From Candidatus Latescibacterota bacterium (GTDB lineage Bacteria; Latescibacterota; UBA2968; GCA-2709665): a stretch of DNA of 64,000 nt. Under the pieces are notes generated by a model, which was given only the letters and a program-made list of their open reading frames with translations, ran no database searches and was not told the DNA's origin. The translations under genes were made by a program, and so were the position numbers. The stretch is taken from positions 1,888,001-1,952,000 of the forward strand of contig CBDCOX010000002.1 of assembly GCA_965219995.1 (NCBI GenBank), in the 5' to 3' direction. Positions 19,748 to 28,936 of the stretch are shown here, one piece after another (position 1 is the stretch's first letter; the number at the start of each line of letters is the position of its first letter).

Positions 19748-21187
19748 TCAGTCCGCTTTCCCGGAAACCAGCTTATCCGCTTGCGTCGTGCGCGTTCGCA
19801 TGATATGCCCGATGAATCCGAAAACCGCGCTTACAACCAGGCCGGAGCCAAACACGAAAATCCAATAGATCGCCCCGAGGCAGTTCAAGACCGCCAGAAC
19901 ACAGAACAGAGCCGCGGAGAAATCCCGCCGGCACGCGAACTTCATTCCGCAAAAGATCCGGTGCAGACGGCCGCGATGCTCTTCCGGAACTTCGTTGGAA
20001 AACCCCATGTTGAAGCTTACGATACTTCCGGAACCGCTCTGCCTCAGGTACACGCAGATGAGCAGGACCGCCAGTACGTCCAGCGCGAGGGCGACAAATC
20101 CCAGCGCGATGAGAACCGGTTCTCCGGTCAATTTGTACATGCCGTAGATAACACCGGAAAAGAAGGCCAGATAGGATACGTTGTCGGCCACGGTATCCAA
20201 CCATTCCCCAAGGCGCGAACCGGAAAACTTGAGCGTGGCGATCTCGCCGTCACAGCCGTCCAGGATGGATGCGAACTGAAACAACAGCCCTCCGATCGCG
20301 ACGCGCAAATAGCTGCCTTCCGCTACGAACCAGCCCGCCAGGAAGGTGACCATCATTGCGGCAATTGAAATCTGGTTGGGTGTTACCGACGTCCGTACGA
20401 GCATCCTGGAAATCCAGGTGGAGATTTTCCGGTTGAAATGGCGGGAGACAATCCCGTCCGTCGATTTGCCCAGCAGACCGAACAATGCCCTTTCCCCCTG
20501 GTGCAGTGCTTCGGGCGTGTCGACATCCTGCCAGAACAGACCGTCGATTTCCACCCCGCGCATGTTCCCTTCGGAGGCCAGAATCCGCACCCCGCCCGAG
20601 AGAGATTCGTCGCCTCGGGCGATGGATCGTTCGATACCGTCAAACAGCTCTGCGGTACACAGGAAAATGCCGGTATCCACCGCGTCGTACCGGTCCAGCG
20701 CTTTGCCGATACGCAGAATCCGTTCGCCTCCCAGGACGACTTTGGTGGCATCGTCCAGATCCTGAACCCGATCCAGCCGGGTGTCAACACACAGCGCCGA
20801 CTCGCCGGCGCTCAACAACAGGCGCCGCATGCGGGTGATGACCCGCGGTTCAAACAGATGGTCGGCCATCATGAGGAGAAACTGGCCCTCGACAAAATCC
20901 CGGGCTTTCAGTACGGAAAGCCCGTTGCCGCGCGTCCATTCGTCGTTTTCAACCCAATCGATGTGTACGTCGATCTGCGGATCGTTGGCAATCGCAGCCC
21001 GAATTTCATCGCCCCGATAGCCGATCACAACGGCAAACTCGGTGATCCCCGCCCGTTTTGCGGTCAGAATAGCGCGCTTCAGCAATCCGACGCCGGCCAC
21101 GCTAACCAGCGGTTTTGGCCGGCCGCGCCCATGCCCGTTCAGGCGGCTGCCCATACCGGCAGCAATAATCACTGCCTTATCTGCCAT
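19748..21187 (-). CDS. bifunctional NTP-transferase / CDP-alcohol phosphotransferase (IPCT-DIPPS family)
   Basis: N-terminal AAGMGSRL, PKPL, GNGLS, MADH and WQDVDT; C-terminal DGCDGEIA...GEWLDTVAD signature; AGGGGAG RBS. Confidence 0.9.
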   Translation of the reverse strand: MADKAVIIAAGMGSRLNGHGRGRPKPLVSVAGVGLLKRAILTAKRAGITEFAVVIGYRGDEIRAAIANDPQIDVHIDWVENDEWTRGNGLSVLKARDFVEGQFLLMMADHLFEPRVITRMRRLLLSAGESALCVDTRLDRVQDLDDATKVVLGGERILRIGKALDRYDAVDTGIFLCTAELFDGIERSIARGDESLSGGVRILASEGNMRGVEIDGLFWQDVDTPEALHQGERALFGLLGKSTDGIVSRHFNRKISTWISRMLVRTSVTPNQISIAAMMVTFLAGWFVAEGSYLRVAIGGLLFQFASILDGCDGEIATLKFSGSRLGEWLDTVADNVSYLAFFSGVIYGMYKLTGEPVLIALGFVALALDVLAVLLICVYLRQSGSGSIVSFNMGFSNEVPEEHRGRLHRIFCGMKFACRRDFSAALFCVLAVLNCLGAIYWIFVFGSGLVVSAVFGFIGHIMRTRTTQADKLVSGKAD

Positions 21188-21200
21188 GACACCCTCCCCT

Positions 21201-22580
21201 TTACTCCAGAATCGAACTTCCCGTCGCACGTCTCAACGTTACCCAGGCGAGGTTGAATTCCAACACGGACTGATAATATTTGGCGCGGATTAACCCATAC
21301 TCCTTGACCGCATCGACCATCTCCCCCGCCTCCTCCAGACCGGCATTGAATCCATCTCTCGCAGAGACAAACCACCGCCTCGTTGCCCGCCGGGCTTCTC
21401 GCGCCGCGCTGATGTTCGCCTCCGCCTCAACGAGCGAACGATAGGCGCTTTCGATCTCCAGACGGGCGCCCTGAACCGCCATCTGCGCCTGATAGCCGAG
21501 TTTTCGGTAGGCGAGACGGGCTTCCTTCACCTTCACTCTCGTACTCGCGAACGACAACGACTGCCGGAAGCCGAGGACGGCGCCCAGCTGAGTCACGTTG
21601 AACTCGTCCTTAAGAAACGGGTTCCGCTGGCGGTCCCTGTTCGGCGCATAACCGTATTTGAACTGGCCGGCCAGAAAAATCTGTGGAAACAGATCGGTGC
21701 GGACGGCCCGCACCTGTGCCGACCGCACCCGTAACCCTTCCCGAATCTGACCCAGGTCCGGGCGGCCCTCCGCAAGCGAGAGGTAATGTTCCAGTGGTCG
21801 GATCCGAACGTCTACCGGATTCAGCTTCCCGTCGGCAAGAATAAGGGAGTCAGACTCGGAAAGCCCCAGAAGAATACGGAGCGCCGACCGTGCGAGCGCC
21901 TGACTCTTGACCACCTTATTTGCATTTTCCTCCACGTCGTACACAAACCTGTCAATACGGTGCAGATCCGTATACGTAAAATCTCCCGTGTCCCCTTCCA
22001 GATTCTCAACGATCGTTCTCCGCGCCCTGCCGATCTCCTCCCTCGACTCATTCGCCAGGTCGCTGAGCTGATTTGCCAGCAGGAGCAGATAGTAAGCCCT
22101 GGCAACCTGCCGCTCCAGGTCGAATCGGGTTCTCTTCAGACCTGCGCGCTGCGCGTCGATGCCCCCGGATGCGGCTTCCAATGCCGCGTCGAGTTTGCCG
22201 AAGGTGAACAGCGGCTGGACCAGCGACAATTCGGTCCTGCTAAACACACCCATCTGCCGCCAGTTGCTGACCCCCGTAAGGGCGTCGCCCCGAGCTTCCG
22301 GCGAGGGCCCGAATATCCAGGTGAAATCCAGTCGTGGAAGGAATCGCGCGGCGTGAACCTGGCTGAGTCTATTCTGTGCAATTTCCAGATCGGTCTCGGC
22401 GGCCTGAATGGACGGACTCGACGCGAGTGCCATCCTTACACACCCTTCAAGATCATATCGACCCTGTTCGGATTCGGAATAACCTGTACCGATGCCGATT
22501 CCCGTCACGCAGATCAGGACAATCGAAACGCGGAGCCGCACCCGGTGTGAATTTTTACCACATGTGTGGAAAAATTGCAA
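21201..22580 (-). CDS. TolC family outer membrane efflux protein
   Basis: Two OEP-like repeats (LVQPLFTFG, DLFPQIFL) with coiled-coil helices; the start is uncertain (possibly GTG 22541). Confidence 0.88.
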   Translation of the reverse strand: MQFFHTCGKNSHRVRLRVSIVLICVTGIGIGTGYSESEQGRYDLEGCVRMALASSPSIQAAETDLEIAQNRLSQVHAARFLPRLDFTWIFGPSPEARGDALTGVSNWRQMGVFSRTELSLVQPLFTFGKLDAALEAASGGIDAQRAGLKRTRFDLERQVARAYYLLLLANQLSDLANESREEIGRARRTIVENLEGDTGDFTYTDLHRIDRFVYDVEENANKVVKSQALARSALRILLGLSESDSLILADGKLNPVDVRIRPLEHYLSLAEGRPDLGQIREGLRVRSAQVRAVRTDLFPQIFLAGQFKYGYAPNRDRQRNPFLKDEFNVTQLGAVLGFRQSLSFASTRVKVKEARLAYRKLGYQAQMAVQGARLEIESAYRSLVEAEANISAAREARRATRRWFVSARDGFNAGLEEAGEMVDAVKEYGLIRAKYYQSVLEFNLAWVTLRRATGSSILE

Positions 22581-22689
22581 CGCTTCCTCCGAAACCCTCC
22601 CTGACGTTCGATATTTAAGTGCCCAGAGAAAAATCCATCAATTATCTGGAAAACCTAAAGATATTTTCATCCGACCAGGATTTTTCCGA

Positions 22690-24009
22690 TCAGGGAATCT
22701 GTCTATTTACAGCGAATGCCGTGCCATGATAGGGTGGACGTCCCGCACGGCTTTGGACCCGCAGCGCTTCAAGAATAATGGCCTGCACACGCCGGGCTAC
22801 CTCAACCGCGTCGTGCCGCTGCACCGCCGAGATGCGGGCGGCCGAACCCATTCGCTGCCGCGATTCCCGGTTCTCGATAACCCTGAGGATGGTGTTGGCA
22901 AGCCCGGCGGCGTCGTTCGGCTTCACCAGGTATCCGTTGTAACCATGCCGTATCAATTCAGGCACACCGCCTGTTTCGGACCCAACCACCGGTGTGCCCA
23001 ACGCCAGAGACTCGATAAGGCTTCGCGGACAGGGATCGGGCGCAGCAGACGGAACGAGTGTGACATCCATGTCCTTCAGGAACGGTCTGACGTCGGTCTG
23101 AAATCCTGTAAAAAGGACGCGTCCCGAGAAGCGGCCGTTTGCGACCTTGCGGCGATAGCGGTCCAGCAGGTCCAATGACCGGCGAGGGTTGCCGCCGACA
23201 ACCACCAGCACCACGTCCTTGCGCCGGACCAGGACCCGCTCCATCGCCGACAAAAGCGTATCGATGCCTTTCCACGCAACAATACGACCGACGTAGCCCA
23301 GAACCACTTCGTCCGGTCCGATCCGGTACATCCGGCGCACGCACCCCCGGACGTTTGCAGGGTCGAAACTGACGAGGTCCGCTCCATTGTATACAACGCG
23401 CACCTTCTCCTTCACCGACGGGAAATTACCCGCGCACGCCTCGGAAACGGCGATAATTCTCGTCACGCAAGCACACCGTGCCAGCCTGTGGAAGAACCAG
23501 CGTCTGAATGCGTTACCGTATAGTGTGCGGCAGTGCCAGACAACCGGAGCGCCACAAACCATGCCGGCCACCGTGCCCATCAATTTCACCATCATCTGGT
23601 TGCAATAGACCAGCCCGAAACGCTCATGAGAGACCATGCGAATCAGAGCAAAGGTAAACCGTACGATATCGAACGCATTCAGAACCACCGACGCCATTCT
23701 GAACGCCCGGTTCTGACTACGGAACCGCATTTCCGCAAGACGTTCCTTCAGGCGGGGCTCGATACGGTACGGGATCCGGATCTCCTCGAGCCTGCGTTTC
23801 AATACACCCTCGTTAGGCATCACAACCAGCGGCTCGAACAGCGAGGTATCGATATGTTTCAACAGATAGAAGAGGCTGTTCCCGGCCCCGCCGCGCCCTG
23901 TGCATCCCGTCAGGAAAAGCACCTTGACCCTGCCGTTGTCCTTTCCGGCCCGCAATTCGGGCGACGATACGGTGGCCTCGCCGGCCTCATCTGCGAAACG
24001 CACGGACAT
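22690..24009 (-). CDS. glycosyltransferase family 4
   Basis: GGAG, VVYNG, YVGRIVAWKG and DPCPRSLIESLALGTPVV motifs. Confidence 0.9.
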   Translation of the reverse strand: MSVRFADEAGEATVSSPELRAGKDNGRVKVLFLTGCTGRGGAGNSLFYLLKHIDTSLFEPLVVMPNEGVLKRRLEEIRIPYRIEPRLKERLAEMRFRSQNRAFRMASVVLNAFDIVRFTFALIRMVSHERFGLVYCNQMMVKLMGTVAGMVCGAPVVWHCRTLYGNAFRRWFFHRLARCACVTRIIAVSEACAGNFPSVKEKVRVVYNGADLVSFDPANVRGCVRRMYRIGPDEVVLGYVGRIVAWKGIDTLLSAMERVLVRRKDVVLVVVGGNPRRSLDLLDRYRRKVANGRFSGRVLFTGFQTDVRPFLKDMDVTLVPSAAPDPCPRSLIESLALGTPVVGSETGGVPELIRHGYNGYLVKPNDAAGLANTILRVIENRESRQRMGSAARISAVQRHDAVEVARRVQAIILEALRVQSRAGRPPYHGTAFAVNRQIP

Positions 24010-25640
24010 CAGTTCAACCGCCTGATGATGTGATATCCCAGCGGCGTCTGAACGATCCCGCTGGTTTCACCCACCCGCAATTTCAGCACTGCCTCCTCAA
24101 AAGCGGGATTCAAATCGCCAGGGGAAAAAAACCCAAGATCGCCCCCGATCTCCGCGGACGAGTCGTTGGAGTGTTCCCGGGCCAGCATCCTGAAATCCTC
24201 GCCCGCATCGAGTTTATTGAGGATCTCCTGCGCCTCGACTTCCGTATCCACGAGAATGTGGTACACCCAGAGCTTCCCTGACTGTATCCCCTCGATTTCG
24301 TCAATCTTCATTTGAGCAGCTTGCGCGATCTCTTCGTTCGGACTGAAGGCGACGGCTTTTTCAAAGGCCCGCTTCGCCTGGTCAAACTCCCGCTTCGAGG
24401 TCCGGGCCAGACCGATATTGAACAGTACGCCCGCGTTGGTGGAATCCACCGCCAATGCTCTGCTGTAAACGACAAGCGCCGAGTCCAGGTCCTGCTGCTG
24501 CGCGTGAATCAAGGCGAGATCTCCATACGGTTCCAGGATATTCGGATTCGATTGTATGGTCGCCTCCAGAGCTATCTTGGCCTGCTCCATGTCTCCCTTC
24601 TGCAGATAGACCTGCGCAACGCCGTACTCGAGGCGCGCACGTTCGGACTCCGGCGCAATCTCCAGGATCAACCGGTATTCGCCAAGCGCCAGGTCCCAGT
24701 GCCGAAGAACGGTATACAGCCGCGCCAGCGCGGAACGGGTGTCCAGATCGCGCGGCTCCAACTGAGACACTTTCTCCCACGCTTTCCTGGCAACGTCCAG
24801 CGAGTCCACCTCGGCTGCCATCTGACCCATGGATCGATGTACCTCGGGATCGTCCGGCGCGATGGAAGCCGCCCGCCGGTACGCGGCGAAAGCCTCCCCG
24901 GTCCGCCGCATCGAGTGGTAGATGGCACCCTTGTTTACAAGCAGGGTGACGTCGTTCGGATTCTTCTCCAACTCCCTTTCAAGTACCGATATCGCCCGAA
25001 TGTAGAGCCGATTCGCATCCTCAGGTTTGCCCAGCGCCCCATAGATCTGGCCCTGATTGATCATCAGCACCACGCTTTCGGGGTTGTTCCTCAACCCCAG
25101 TTCGAATACCGACAGCGCTTTGTTGGGGTCCTTCAACGCGACGTGCAGTCCGGCGAGGGACTGGTATGCCTCGATATTCTGAGGATCCAGCGAAACCGCG
25201 TCCCTGAGGTCCTGAATTGCCAGACCCGGATTTCCGGCCTCCTGGTACAGCAATGCCCGGTCCATCAGGAGGAGGACGGAATTCGGAATCTCTGTTAACC
25301 CCCGATTCAAGACTTCCAGTGCTTCCCGACCCCTGTTCAGCTGCGCGTGGATTCTGAAGAGCGCGTCGTAAGGCGCTTCGATTTTCGGCCCCAGTTCGAT
25401 CGCCTTTTCAAACGCCCGGATGGCGCCCTCCGGCTGACCCAACTGCGCGAATACCATTCCGAGTACGCCTTGAGCATTCGCGCTATCCGGAAACGTCTCC
25501 GTGAACTGCCGAGCCGTAACCAGCGCGGAATCCGCCCGTCCCCGGGCGCCGTGCTCGCCGATCTCCGACAGGAAGTCCCGGGCCGTCGCATTTTCGCTCC
25601 ACAGTATCAGACAGCAGATGACAACAATCGTCCGTTTCAA
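24009..25640 (-). CDS. TPR-repeat protein with C-terminal PpiC/parvulin rotamase
   Basis: Many TPR repeats; HILV, GGDLGFF and TPLGYHII parvulin motifs; probable TTG start at 25640 after GGAGG, giving a signal peptide. Confidence 0.88.
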   Translation of the reverse strand: MKRTIVVICCLILWSENATARDFLSEIGEHGARGRADSALVTARQFTETFPDSANAQGVLGMVFAQLGQPEGAIRAFEKAIELGPKIEAPYDALFRIHAQLNRGREALEVLNRGLTEIPNSVLLLMDRALLYQEAGNPGLAIQDLRDAVSLDPQNIEAYQSLAGLHVALKDPNKALSVFELGLRNNPESVVLMINQGQIYGALGKPEDANRLYIRAISVLERELEKNPNDVTLLVNKGAIYHSMRRTGEAFAAYRRAASIAPDDPEVHRSMGQMAAEVDSLDVARKAWEKVSQLEPRDLDTRSALARLYTVLRHWDLALGEYRLILEIAPESERARLEYGVAQVYLQKGDMEQAKIALEATIQSNPNILEPYGDLALIHAQQQDLDSALVVYSRALAVDSTNAGVLFNIGLARTSKREFDQAKRAFEKAVAFSPNEEIAQAAQMKIDEIEGIQSGKLWVYHILVDTEVEAQEILNKLDAGEDFRMLAREHSNDSSAEIGGDLGFFSPGDLNPAFEEAVLKLRVGETSGIVQTPLGYHIIRRLN

Positions 25641-25723
25641 CCGATCGCCTCCATTTGAAAAGTTGATCCGAATTCCTTCCGGATGCCCTCTGGTCGCTCT
25701 GTCTCTCCTTTTCCGCGAAACCC

Positions 25724-25752
25724 TTGACAAGCTCCGGGATTCCCGGTATTAT
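25724..25752 (+). promoter_or_regulatory. sigma70 promoter with palindromic spacer
   Basis: TTGACA-N17-TATTAT; the spacer contains the palindrome CCGGGA-T-TCCCGG. Confidence 0.6.
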
Positions 25753-25935
25753 CCAGAGGTTTTCGATACGCCCGACACTGCAGCGTCCATTAAAAGGCTT
25801 CCAGGCCTGTCATGCCGCTTGTGGAGGGGCTTGGACTTCAGGGCGGCGTTGCGGCGCCGCCTTCAACCGCAGTCAGAGTCCTGTCCCTCATCCACGGTGG
25901 GAGGCGACAATCCGCCTGAACCCCTGTTTTTCTGT

Positions 25936-26559
25936 ATGAGCGTCCTGCAACGGGATCCCATTCCCGCCATACTGCTCTCGCTCGCAGCCAGCTATCTGGC
26001 GTACGACCATCTTCCGGACAGGGTCCCGGTCCACTGGGACGCGTTCGGACGTATCGATGCGGAACTACACAAGCGGATTGGCGTCTTGCTGCATCCCGGG
26101 GCGATGACGTTCGTCTACATCTTCTTTCGACTGATCCCTTTTGTCGACAGGAACCGGGTGCGACAGTTGAACGAGATCGGACTCTACGATCCATTCCGAA
26201 ACGGCGCGGTTCTCCTCTTCGGATACAGCCATCTCCTTTTGCTGGGCATCGGCCTGGGGTGGGTAGACCGCGGCGCAAACCTCTTTGCGGGCCTGCTCTC
26301 GCTCTCCTCAATCCTCGCGGGCAACCACCTCAAGCACCTGCGCTTTGCATGGTTCGATCGTATCCTTGGCCGGATCGGTGTATCGAGCGCGCCGCACGCG
26401 CGGAACTTTGCCTGCAATATCCTCATCTTCTGCGGGGTACTCGGTCAGGCAGGCGCCGCAACCGCCAGCCTGCAAGTGGCCTGGTTTCTGTTGCCGCTGG
26501 CCGTCGGTTGCTTTCTCGTGCGCCGCCGCTTTCCCGTGAATCGGAAACCGGCGCCGTGA
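25936..26559 (+). CDS. DUF1648/SdpI-like membrane protein
   Basis: LPDRVPVHWDAFGRID motif and several TM helices. Confidence 0.8.
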   Translation: MSVLQRDPIPAILLSLAASYLAYDHLPDRVPVHWDAFGRIDAELHKRIGVLLHPGAMTFVYIFFRLIPFVDRNRVRQLNEIGLYDPFRNGAVLLFGYSHLLLLGIGLGWVDRGANLFAGLLSLSSILAGNHLKHLRFAWFDRILGRIGVSSAPHARNFACNILIFCGVLGQAGAATASLQVAWFLLPLAVGCFLVRRRFPVNRKPAP

Positions 26560-27443
26560 CCGTGCTCAACGAACGCCTGACTCTCCAGGCCGGCAGCCTC
26601 GCCCTGATTACGGCCGTCCTCTGGGGCGGCAACTCCATCGCCATCAAGATCGCCCTCGACGGCCTGCCTCCGCTCGCCCTTGCCGCCGCCCGCTTTCTTC
26701 TGGGCGGGCTGGCTGTAATCCCGTGGGCGTACCTCTCCGGCGTTCCGCTCCGGCCCGGATCCGGCGAAAGACGAGGTCTGTTTCAACTGGTTCTGCTTTT
26801 TGTCGCGCAAATCTACCTGCTCAATGCAGGCACGAATATCACGACGGCCGGCAGGTCGACCGTCTTCATCTCCACCTACCCGTTTTTCACCGCCGTCTTC
26901 GCCCACCTGTTCATGCCCGGAGACCGGCTGAGCGGCCTCAAGATTTCAGGTATGACCCTCTCGTTTGCCGGTGTCGTGCTCGTGTTTGTCGACAGTCTGG
27001 CCAGTGGACGCCTCGGCTATCTGGTTGGAGACGTCATGGTGCTGGCGAGCGGTCTGCTGCTCGGCGCCAGGCAGGTCTATACCAAGAAGCTGACCCAATA
27101 CATCCATCCCGCACGGCTTCTGTTATGGCAGGCTGCGCTCAGCCTGCCGGCGTTCATTCTGCTGAGTGCCCTGTTGGAGGACCTGGAACCCACCGTCATT
27201 CAACCGGGCATCGTTGGTGCGATCATCTACCAGGGCCTCGTGGTTGCCGGGTTTTGTTTCCTTGTTTCCGTTTCTCTCCTGCGACGCTACAGAGCCAGTC
27301 GCCTGGGCGCGTTCGGCTTCGTTACGCCCGTTGTGGGTGTGGTATTCAGCGACCTGCTACTGGGAGAGGTAATCTCCACGACACTATTCATCAGTGTGCT
27401 GATGGTTGGAGCCGGCGTCGCCATCGTCAATACGGAGACCTGA
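26556..27443 (+). CDS. DMT/EamA family transporter
   Basis: LWGGN...RF and PFFTAVFAHLF...GD motifs in two EamA repeats; GTGA overlap with the upstream gene. Confidence 0.9.
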   Translation: MTVLNERLTLQAGSLALITAVLWGGNSIAIKIALDGLPPLALAAARFLLGGLAVIPWAYLSGVPLRPGSGERRGLFQLVLLFVAQIYLLNAGTNITTAGRSTVFISTYPFFTAVFAHLFMPGDRLSGLKISGMTLSFAGVVLVFVDSLASGRLGYLVGDVMVLASGLLLGARQVYTKKLTQYIHPARLLLWQAALSLPAFILLSALLEDLEPTVIQPGIVGAIIYQGLVVAGFCFLVSVSLLRRYRASRLGAFGFVTPVVGVVFSDLLLGEVISTTLFISVLMVGAGVAIVNTET

Positions 27444-27519
27444 CGAACGACGGGCGCCGCAAAGCGTCCAGGCGTCCACGTCTCGCGGTACGGACACCGC
27501 AAAGGGGCGATCCGCCGGA

Positions 27520-28863
27520 CTACGCCTCCCCTACCATGACGAACGCCACGTCCGCAACATTGGTTCCCGTCGGACCCGTCATCACCAGGTCGCCAAGCGG
27601 CTTGAAGAAGTGGTAGGCGTCGTTGTTCTTCAACGATTCAATGGCAGACAGTCCTGCTGATTCCGCTCGTGCGATCGTTTCGGCATCCGCGATCGCCCCC
27701 GCGGCGTCCGTGGGACCGTCGGTTCCATCCGTTCCGCCGCTGAACAGAACTGTCCCCGCCCATCCGGACAGATGCATCGCGCCGGCCAGCACCAGTTCCT
27801 GGTTGCGTCCACCCTTGCCGTTTCCTCGAACGGTAACCGTTGTTTCGCCGCCGGCGATCACGCAGGCGGGCGCCGTCACAGGCGCCCCGGATTCGAGGAT
27901 TTCCTTGCCGATGGCCGAATAAACGTGTGCGACCTCACGGGCCTCACCCTCCAGGCGCGTGGACAGCACCAGCGTATTGTAGCCCAGATGCCGGGCGCGT
28001 TCGGCGGCGGCGGCCACCGCCAGACCGTTGCTTCCGACAATTACGTTATGGCATCTCTCCAGCACAGCGTCTCCCGGTTTCGGCGTCTCCGGAATCGCTC
28101 CCGCCGCGCCCGCTTCGAACCGCTCCCTCACCGCTTCAGGCAACCGATCCGAAACCTCGTACTTCTGAAAAATCTCCATACAGGCTTTGAACCTGGACGT
28201 ATCGGGTACTGTGGGTCCCGATGCGATGACGTCCATCGGGTCGCCGATGACGTCCGACAGCATCAGGGATACCACCGTGGCCGGAAACGCCGCGCGGGCG
28301 AGCCCTCCACCCTTGACCCTGGACAGGTGCTTGCGGACCGCGTTCAACTCCACGATATTGGCGCCGCATTCAAGCAGCAAACGGGTAGTCTCCTGCTTCT
28401 CCGCGAGCGTAATCCCCTCCGAAGGCGCGGGCATCAGCGCCGAACCCCCACCTGAAATCAGACAGATCACCAGGGTCCGGTCGTCGGCCGCGTCCAGCAG
28501 CCCCAGAATCTGACGTGTCCCGTCGACACCGGCCTCATCCGGAACCGGATGCCCGCACTCAACGATTCTTATCCGGTCCAGCGGCTCCGCATGTTCGTAC
28601 TTGGTATTGATGACCCCATCGGAAATCCAGTCGCCCAGCAGGCTTTCGAGCGCGACACCCATCCGCGGCGACGCCTTGCCGGTTCCCACCACGATCACCC
28701 TGTCGAACGCATCCAGGTCGAAATCCTTGCCGCCGATATTGACCGAGTCCCCATGCGTTCTGACAAATCGCTTCACGCACTCCTGAGCGTCCACCGCCGC
28801 CACCGCCGATTCAAAGATCGACGAAGCATCCGCGCGCATTCCGGTAACGGTGAAACTACGCAT
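27520..28863 (-). CDS. glycerate 2-kinase (GckA/TtuD, MOFRL family)
   Basis: GKAS, GHPVPD, ISGGGSAL, KGGGLA, GGETTV, GGRNQE, GTDGTDG and TGPTGTNVAD motifs. Confidence 0.93.
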   Translation of the reverse strand: MRSFTVTGMRADASSIFESAVAAVDAQECVKRFVRTHGDSVNIGGKDFDLDAFDRVIVVGTGKASPRMGVALESLLGDWISDGVINTKYEHAEPLDRIRIVECGHPVPDEAGVDGTRQILGLLDAADDRTLVICLISGGGSALMPAPSEGITLAEKQETTRLLLECGANIVELNAVRKHLSRVKGGGLARAAFPATVVSLMLSDVIGDPMDVIASGPTVPDTSRFKACMEIFQKYEVSDRLPEAVRERFEAGAAGAIPETPKPGDAVLERCHNVIVGSNGLAVAAAAERARHLGYNTLVLSTRLEGEAREVAHVYSAIGKEILESGAPVTAPACVIAGGETTVTVRGNGKGGRNQELVLAGAMHLSGWAGTVLFSGGTDGTDGPTDAAGAIADAETIARAESAGLSAIESLKNNDAYHFFKPLGDLVMTGPTGTNVADVAFVMVGEA

Positions 28864-28936
28864 CCTGTTCGATCCCCACATTTGCAGGCCGCCCGGGTGT
28901 TCTGTCCCAGGCCGGTCCGCCGTACGAGCGGCGCGG

